From a virus: DNA of 64,000 bases. The DNA lies in IMG/VR virus record IMGVR_UViG_3300020048_003367, positions 1 to 64,000 of that record; one strand, 5' to 3'. Shown here piece after piece: positions 63,863-64,000 of this stretch (positions within the stretch are counted from its first letter, which is position 1; each line of letters starts with the position of its first letter). A model generated the notes under the pieces. That model did no database searches, was not told the origin of the DNA, and saw only the letters and a list, made by a program, of their open reading frames with translations. Both the position numbers and the translations under genes were made by a program.

Positions 63863-64000
63863 TTATCGATGTTGTTCGATTGCTGCTAGTATTTCGGGTG
63901 CAATAGTGGCAGGGACTTGTGCCTGCAAACGAATCATTACATCTCCACGCTGTCCTTGTGAATTGCCCAAACCATGACCTCGTAGACGCATGACTGAGCC
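63863..64000 (-). CDS. DnaJ C-terminal domain protein (3' fragment)
   Basis: GSVMRLRGHG...RGDVMI.....P...*. Confidence 0.8.
   Translation of the reverse strand, partial: GSVMRLRGHGLGNSQGQRGDVMIRLQAQVPATIAPEILAAIEQHR

Overview
This is a 64-kb segment of a large dsDNA tailed phage (jumbo/T4-like regulatory logic). The host is probably a freshwater betaproteobacterium, inferred from a Burkholderiales-type porin and Bug/TctC proteins. Nearly all genes are on the minus strand in the standard code. Left end (1-4.6 kb): an array of 27 tRNA or tRNA-like genes interleaved with structured ncRNA candidates and near-consensus sigma70 promoters, plus three more tRNAs at 13 kb and a two-piece (permuted) tmRNA. 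Then: porin, TRAP/TTT solute-binding proteins paired with PP-loop ATPases, a B12 radical SAM enzyme, an array of short paralogous cassettes, RNase H, an interleaved nucleotide-sugar / 7-deazaguanine DNA-modification cluster (folE, queD, queE, dpdL-like, dpdA-like), probable clamp, DNA polymerase B, Dps, a second glycan-modification block, large multi-domain putative virion cargo proteins, ClpA and a DnaJ fragment. Headline observation: two unannotated leader ORFs (43 and 32 codons) each overlap an antiterminator that competes with an intrinsic terminator upstream of a tRNA block. Their sensing codons match the tRNAs in the block downstream. A third Lys-codon minigene switch precedes the two tRNA-Lys genes. 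Together this suggests ribosome-sensing attenuators that turn on phage tRNA supply when decoding fails. All protein calls come from motif recognition by eye; no searches or folding programs were run.
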